The translations under genes and the position numbers were made by a program. DNA of 63,852 nucleotides, counting the filler, from Welwitschia mirabilis (lineage: Eukaryota): assembly GCA_051453625.1 (NCBI GenBank). It is 8 parts of one record of this genome, joined end to end, with 100 filler letters (N's around TTAATTAATTAA, not from the genome) between each part and the next. Parts side by side here need not be neighbours in the genome. Positions count along the whole stretch, not along the records: positions 57,374 to 60,812 come from JBOZIK010000001.1; positions 60,913 to 63,852 come from JBOZIK010000001.1; 6 more parts are not named here. The stretch is one strand, 5' to 3'. The number at the start of each line of letters is the position of its first letter. Position 1 is the first letter of the stretch. Positions 57,374 through 63,852 of the stretch are shown here, piece by piece. Under the pieces are notes generated by a model. The model did no database searches. It saw nothing but the letters and a program-made list of their open reading frames with translations, and was not told the DNA's origin.

Positions 57374-57697
57374 GTCATCCAGGTAATCGTCTGAACGATG
57401 GAGGAGACAACAAGATTTTATAATGATTTATTTAGTTTGCTTTCAGTTTAACTATTTATGATTTTCATGCAAACTGTTGTTGACTGATATTGGAGATGTC
57501 ACTCACGAGTGTCTTCTAAACGATGAGGTGGACGATGGAGTATGATGAGAAGATGTTTAGTTCAATATACAAGTCATCTGGAATTAAGTCTATCATATGT
57601 CCAATTAGGGTTGTTTTCCTAACTATCGTCTAGACGAAATAGGAGATGACAGTCTTCTACTCATCCTTTATTAGTGTAATATTTGGTTATTTATAAG
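57374..57697 (-). repeat. LTR fragment between gaps
   Basis: Colinear with 34520-34830 of the 33819-34927 LTR. Confidence 0.7.
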
Positions 57698-58574
57698 NNN
57701 NNNNNNNNNNNNNNNNNNNNNNNNNNNNNNNNNNNNNNNNNNNNNNNNNNNNNNNNNNNNNNNNNNNNNNNNNNNNNNNNNNNNNNNNNNNNNNNNNNNN
57801 NNNNNNNNNNNNNNNNNNNNNNNNNNNNNNNNNNNNNNNNNNNNNNNNNNNNNNNNNNNNNNNNNNNNNNNNNNNNNNNNNNNNNNNNNNNNNNNNNNNN
57901 NNNNNNNNNNNNNNNNNNNNNNNNNNNNNNNNNNNNNNNNNNNNNNNNNNNNNNNNNNNNNNNNNNNNNNNNNNNNNNNNNNNNNNNNNNNNNNNNNNNN
58001 NNNNNNNNNNNNNNNNNNNNNNNNNNNNNNNNNNNNNNNNNNNNNNNNNNNNNNNNNNNNNNNNNNNNNNNNNNNNNNNNNNNNNNNNNNNNNNNNNNNN
58101 NNNNNNNNNNNNNNNNNNNNNNNNNNNNNNNNNNNNNNNNNNNNNNNNNNNNNNNNNNNNNNNNNNNNNNNNNNNNNNNNNNNNNNNNNNNNNNNNNNNN
58201 NNNNNNNNNNNNNNNNNNNNNNNNNNNNNNNNNNNNNNNNNNNNNNNNNNNNNNNNNNNNNNNNNNNNNNNNNNNNNNNNNNNNNNCAAAAGTGGTACAT
58301 AGGAGTGAGTTATTCATCTTTCAATTTACACCTAGTACCCTAATCCACATATGATGTCCTCATATGGACTGCTGAATAGGCTAGGATAAATGAATCCCAT
58401 ATGATTCTAGTTTATAATGCTTTAACAACTAGCTAGGCTAGCCAAATCTTAAGGATGGATATGAGGTAATGATTAAACGTATATCACAAGATTGATTTGT
58501 AGTTGATATAATCCTCTAAGACTAGTACTTTTTATTTTGAAGGATGATTTTATTAAGGTGGATTAGCCATTGAC

Positions 58575-59830
58575 AAAAAACCCTAATGTTAAAATGTTTT
58601 TATCTTTTGTAGCCTTTAATAATATTAAAGTGTATCAAATGGATGTAAAGAGTACATTTTTAAATGGAACTCTAAATGAATAAGTGTATGTAGCACAATC
58701 ACAAGGGTTTATAAATCCTCATAAATACAATTATGTATACAGGCTTAAGAAGGCTTTGTACAAATTCAATAAATCTCTAAGAGCTTAGTATGAAAAGTTA
58801 GTCACATTTATAAATGAAAATAGTTATATTTGTGGAATAGAAGATAAAATTTTATTTGTTAAAAACTTTAAAAAAATCTATCATTATACAAATTTATGTT
58901 GATGATATCATATTTAGTACCTCTAGCAAAGTTTTAGCAAAAGAATTTACAAGTATCATGAAAAACATTTTGATATGAATACACTTGGTGAAGTAAAAAT
59001 ATTTCCTGAATTAAAGATTAAGTAATTAAAGAATGGAATTTTTATTTTTCAATCTAAATATATAGAGGATTTGATCAAATAATTTAGATTGTAGAATGTT
59101 AAAATAACTAACACACCTATATCAAATTATTACAAAGTGAGTCTAGATGAAAATGGAAAATAAGTAGATCAGAATCTTTATAGGAGTATGATAGGAAGCT
59201 TGTTATATCTAACTATAATTATACTTGATATTATGTTTAGTATTTATGGGTTTTGGATGTATGTGTAAGATACCAAATCCAACTAAAAGAATAATTAGAT
59301 ATGTAAAGGGCATATGTGATTATGGTTTATTATATCCTATAAAGACATCTTTTGAGATTATAGGTTCAGTGATGTAGATTGGGTTGAGTGTAAGGATGAT
59401 TGAAAAAGCATAAGTGGTAATTATTCTCTATTAAAATCATGATTAATGAAATGTTCTAGTAAAAATCAAAACTCAGTATTCCTTTCAATAGTAGAAGCTG
59501 AGTATATTATAGTAGGGAGTTGTTATGCTCATCTCTTTTAGATGAAGGAAATGCTAAAGGACTTTAGAATAGTTTTTAAATAGCTTTCTATTTTCTGTGA
59601 TAATACTAGTGTAATAAATATTTTTAAAAATTTTAGTCAACATTCTAAAACTAAACATATTAAACTAAGATTTTATTATTTAATAGATCAAGTTGAAAAA
59701 GGAAATATTTATATAAAGTTTACTAGTATATATTATTAACTTACTAATATCTTTACCAAACCTATAAATTTTAATAATTTTCTTTATCTTTTGAAATGAC
59801 TGGGAGTCATCTCTCCATTCTTTAGCTGAT
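58575..59830 (+). pseudogene. Ty1/Copia RT-RNaseH relic (continuation of 54637-54842)
   Basis: VYQMDVKSTFLNG, VYRLKKALY, QIYVDDIIF (YVDD at 58895-58906), YRSMIGSLLYLT, SDVDW, KNQNSVFLSIVEAEY, FCDNTS, QHSKTKHI. Confidence 0.93.
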
Positions 59831-60389
59831 TGCAGGATGGTCGACTAGATCTATATGGTTGATTTATTAGACTAAAAACCCAATTGCCCAAACCCAAAAG
59901 TATTGTGACTTGCATCTCAATGGGTTAACCAGATCGCAAACTAGTCAACTGAATTTGTAAGGTTATAGTATGGTAGAGCTATCAATGGATCTGATTTATT
60001 TATCAAATCATACCTAATTGACCTTCTTTTTAAAAGTGAATGAAGGCTAAACTCTTTTCAATATCTTCTAGTCACCTGTCTCCTTTATATCTAGTGTCTC
60101 TTTTAGATTTTTCTTGTCTTCATGATCCTATCACATGGTTGCAATGGTTAAGAATCCCTTTAAAATGTAGTAAAATGAGGTTGTTAATAGAGATTCTTCA
60201 TATATTTACTAGAGAATATCTGAAGATTCTTCAAATAGGTTCAATGAAAAGTTTAAAAAGATGTTAGTGTGCAAGAAAAGGATTATTGCCACTTTAGAGC
60301 TAAGAAAGCTTAGATATGTGATCCAACTTTTGCAATATCTAGATCTTTCTTATTTTCTTGATTTTTATGTTGAATTATGTTTTGTTAAT

Positions 60390-60812
60390 TGTTGCGATGC
60401 ATATTTGTCCTTCTAAGTCCAATATTCTAAAGATCAAATTTGACTTGCAACATCTAAAAAGCTAAATGTCTAATTGCACACAATACACATTTATATAGTG
60501 GGATCATCTAAATTATCGTACACTTAGAGAAGACTATCAAAAGAGAATATGAAAAATTTCTTTTATAAAGATAAGAATAAATATTTTGGACTTTTTCTTT
60601 AAAGGAAATAAAATTAAACAACGTAAAGATGAAGATGAAATGTAATGCAATGCAATGGAGTAAAATGCAATTTAATGAATGTAATTCTAATGCAATGAAT
60701 TTAATTAAACTTCCAATTTATTATCATCTATATTGGTCCTTATAACCTATTTCAATTACAAATTCATATCACTTAAATTTTAATTAAGATAAGCTATAAG
60801 AAAGAATAATAA
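60390..60812 (-). repeat. Probable Athila-like LTR fragment
   Basis: Starts TGTTGCGATGC. Has the cacaatacac..tatag..tcatctaaat..cgta block and (aatgc/aatgt)n tract seen in the other LTRs. Confidence 0.55.
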
Positions 60813-61397
60813 NNNNNNNNNNNNNNNNNNNNNNNNNNNNNNNNNNNNNNNNNNNNTTAATTAATTAANNNNNNNNNNNNNNNNNNNNNNNNNNNNNNNN
60901 NNNNNNNNNNNNCCTAAGAAACAGCACAAGAGTGGTAAAGGGTTCGGTAAGAGATATGATTGTGACTTAAGTTAAAATCATAATGAAAACATACAATAAG
61001 GACTCAAGAAATAAAAATCAAATACCATTTGGTGGGCAACTAAAAAAAAAACTAAAGGATATGTAGATAATTTAAGTATAACTAAGAAAATTCTAATTAA
61101 AGTACATTACTAATAATATTCTCCTACTTATCCATAAATATTTAATTAAATGGATTAAAGTTCTACCTTAAATGAGTTGTCAATGTATAACGTCCTAGGA
61201 AAATTTTATAATCAAGAATTTTATTAACTAAATTTTTATGAGTTTTATGATATTGGCCATGGAGATTATCTAATTACATGCATTTCTAAGCGATGACTTA
61301 TAGTATTTCTAATGGTATTATTTAATGTCTTAGCCAAAGAATTAAATTGATGCACATAACTAGGTGGAAAAAGGGCTAAAAGGGCGTGTTCAATATT

Positions 61398-61463
61398 CCA
61401 TAAGGATTCAAACCTATGACCCTGCTCCTTCTATTCCTAGGGATTAACCAATACACTAAGGCA
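61398..61463 (-). other. tRNA-derived (SINE head or tRNA pseudogene) relic
   Basis: Minus strand gccttagtgtattggtt...ggtcataggtttgaatcc gives A-box-like and B-box-like (GGTTCGAATCC) motifs at tRNA-like spacing. Confidence 0.5.
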
Positions 61464-63225
61464 TGTCGAACCGAAATAAATTAGTAGCAAACAAAGACAG
61501 AGTATTAGGTGAATAATGAAATACTATCTAAGTTTTTAATTGGCTTAGAACATTAGGATGAGTAGATTGTAATTTATTCTGATTATGCATGCCTATGTAA
61601 AAGAACCTGATCATGTTTTACTAGACCACAGAGTTAAGGAATGGAAAGAATAGAAGCAAATGAAGAGGCAAAAATGCGGTATATTTTATAGACAAGAAGA
61701 TGGTTTAAATAGATTCTATAAAAGAAACAATCTATAAAATGGATTTCACCTAACTACTATACAGTTTAGCAATAGAAGAAATGTGAACTAGTGAAGTTGC
61801 GCTCAGAAAAGTAAGGTTAGAGAGCTTGTATGATTTGAAAACCTGGGGTGACAAAAACATGGACTTGAAGGAATGCGATGGAAATGGATGAGCGATCAAT
61901 TGATTAAATAATGGCTAAAGCTCTAGTAGGGTTTATGAAATGACTTTCTTCAAATTTTTAAAAATTAATAAACAATGGATTAATGTGAGGAGAGAGAGAG
62001 AGAATTAAGAAAACATAAAGAATGAAGAGTTTTTAAGACATTACAAACATTCAATCTAAGCATACTTTTTAATTATTAAGGGTCCATTCTAAAAACGCAT
62101 TTGACGCCTTTGAATGTGATGTTGAGAGATGACTAAGGAATGGTAGGATATCTTTCCTACACACCTGAGGCATTCTTCTTAACATCACTACATAATAACG
62201 CAGCGAGATAGGTCATTCCAATAATCGAATGAAGGTAAGGGGTTTTATGAAAAGGGTGAAAGAGGGCATTAAGACTAAAATGTCTATTCTCATGGTACCA
62301 TCCCTTATCAACATAGGCACTTTTCTCTAGCCACTAGGTAGATTCACAGTTTAAAATTTGCACCCAATCTTGGCCTCTCACTTGCGAGCACTGTGCTTGC
62401 CTAATGGAGAATTCAGTCACGCATACCCATGGACATTAATAAAGATGAGGACTCAAATACACCATTCAACTTGAAATGGCATGCTACTATGCTTCCAAAT
62501 GCCTAGCTCTCAGACCCTGAAATGACATGCTGGGTAGCTTTTTATGGATTTTTTTGAAACATCTAATACTCAAGTCCCTTCTATGTAGAAAACATGCACA
62601 ATTGTCATTTTCTTTTGAATTACTACATACAGGCTCAACATAGGCAACATACTCCATTACCATCAATTAACTAGTAGTGTAACGGTTAGGGCGGTATGCA
62701 TTATAAGATAAGTTGGCAGTTCAACTTCCTGTGAAAATGTTAAACCTTTTAACATTCAGGCCCAACAACCCTTCAACTCAAGCCCTATGCTATAAATGGG
62801 GATTCTCACAGTGCCCTCCATGTGGACCTCCTTCTTTTAAAACATATCCCTCCTTTAAAATGCTCTCCCCTCAAAGAATTATAAGGCAATAAATTATATT
62901 TTTATTTAATTATTTTTTTTATTTTATTGTTATTATTATTTTTTGAAAACCCCTAACCTACAAGCTCTTTAAATAAGTTATTATTATCATTATTATTTTT
63001 ATAGTACTAAACAACTAACATTGTCCTTCACCATTTAAACCTTACTATAATTTGGCCGAGAGGCCATCCCCAGCCACTGAATTATCTGAGATGGCATTAC
63101 TCATTCTTTTTTTATATTTTTAATTTATAAAAAATGGTTCTTGAAGGGTACACAATATGTAGTTTAATATATAAACTATTACATTTTTGACGAGTACACA
63201 ATTTGGTGTAAATGTAAACCACTAC

Positions 63226-63310
63226 AAAACATGTGGGGGATCGTTTTTTTTTTAATAATTTTTAATACAAAACATATGAGGGACCATTTTATTTTTTAAT
63301 AATTTTTAAT
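63226..63310 (+). repeat. Two-copy ~42-bp tandem repeat
   Basis: acaaaacatgtgggggatcg..tttaataatttttaat and acaaaacatatgagggacca..tttaataatttttaat. Confidence 0.7.
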
Positions 63311-63852
63311 TTTGAAGGAAAAGCAAAAATAGTAAGTGTTCACTTGCGATAGGCGACAACGTTGCTTTGTATTACAGAGAAAGAGATGAATCATCCAGTT
63401 TACAGTAACTTTATTTTTGTCTGAATCTTTGCCTCTTTTCCTTTTCTTCAAGGCTTTTCACTTTCAGAGAATGTTGCATCTTACAGCTAATAAAAAATAA
63501 TATATAAGAGAGAAAAAGGGGTCAGTAAGATTCTGGAGAGCAACCAAACGTTTATGGGATGTGATGGTAGCGGAGGGCATTAGATTAGACAGAGAGTTTG
63601 TTTTGAGGTGCCGCAAGTAGGACATCTGCTTGATACTCATAAGATTAGGCTTCAACAGCCATGTTTTGAATGCTATGATGAAGGAAGATGAATTACCGCC
63701 AAGAATGTATTTGCTATGCATGAATTGAACCCACTAGGTAAAGGCAGCAGGCATGAAATGAACGGTACCACCTCGTCAATAATTAAAAGGAATTATAACA
63801 TCTAAATAACTTAATTATGTAGATGACTAAACAAAAACCATGATTATTGAAA

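Noticed and set aside
42445-58354. Long ORFs of 170-300 aa in the ORF track
   Set aside because: They consist almost entirely of X residues from N gaps.
30561-60868. Recurring TTAATTAATTAA inside N runs (30561, 36362, 40145, 43894, 48410, 57318, 60857)
   Set aside because: An identical 12-mer centred in ~100-bp gaps is an artificial scaffold linker. Adjacency across these gaps is uncertain.
63464-63721. 85-aa minus-strand ORF
   Set aside because: No recognisable domain or splice structure, so it cannot be supported as a gene.

Overview
This is an AT-rich, CpG-depleted eukaryotic (land-plant-type) window of heterochromatin-like sequence with many N gaps. I can support no intact host gene. 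It is a nest of decayed transposons: (1) several non-autonomous Athila-like Ty3/Gypsy elements with TGTTG..CAACA LTRs, tRNA-Asp-type PBS and gag-protease relics; (2) a ~28 kb CACTA-ended element (1360-29403) inserted exactly into the PBS of one retroelement and itself invaded by LTR elements; (3) a split Ty1/Copia RT-RNaseH relic; (4) a small nad5 NUMT and a tRNA/SINE-like head. The most notable observation is the CACTA cargo. I see no canonical TnpD/TnpA, but it carries a decayed, intron-containing MS1/MMD1-family (PHD-finger meiotic/tapetal regulator) gene, a C2H2 zinc-finger array and further Cys/His-rich relics. All protein assignments come from manual translation and recalled motifs; no searches were run.
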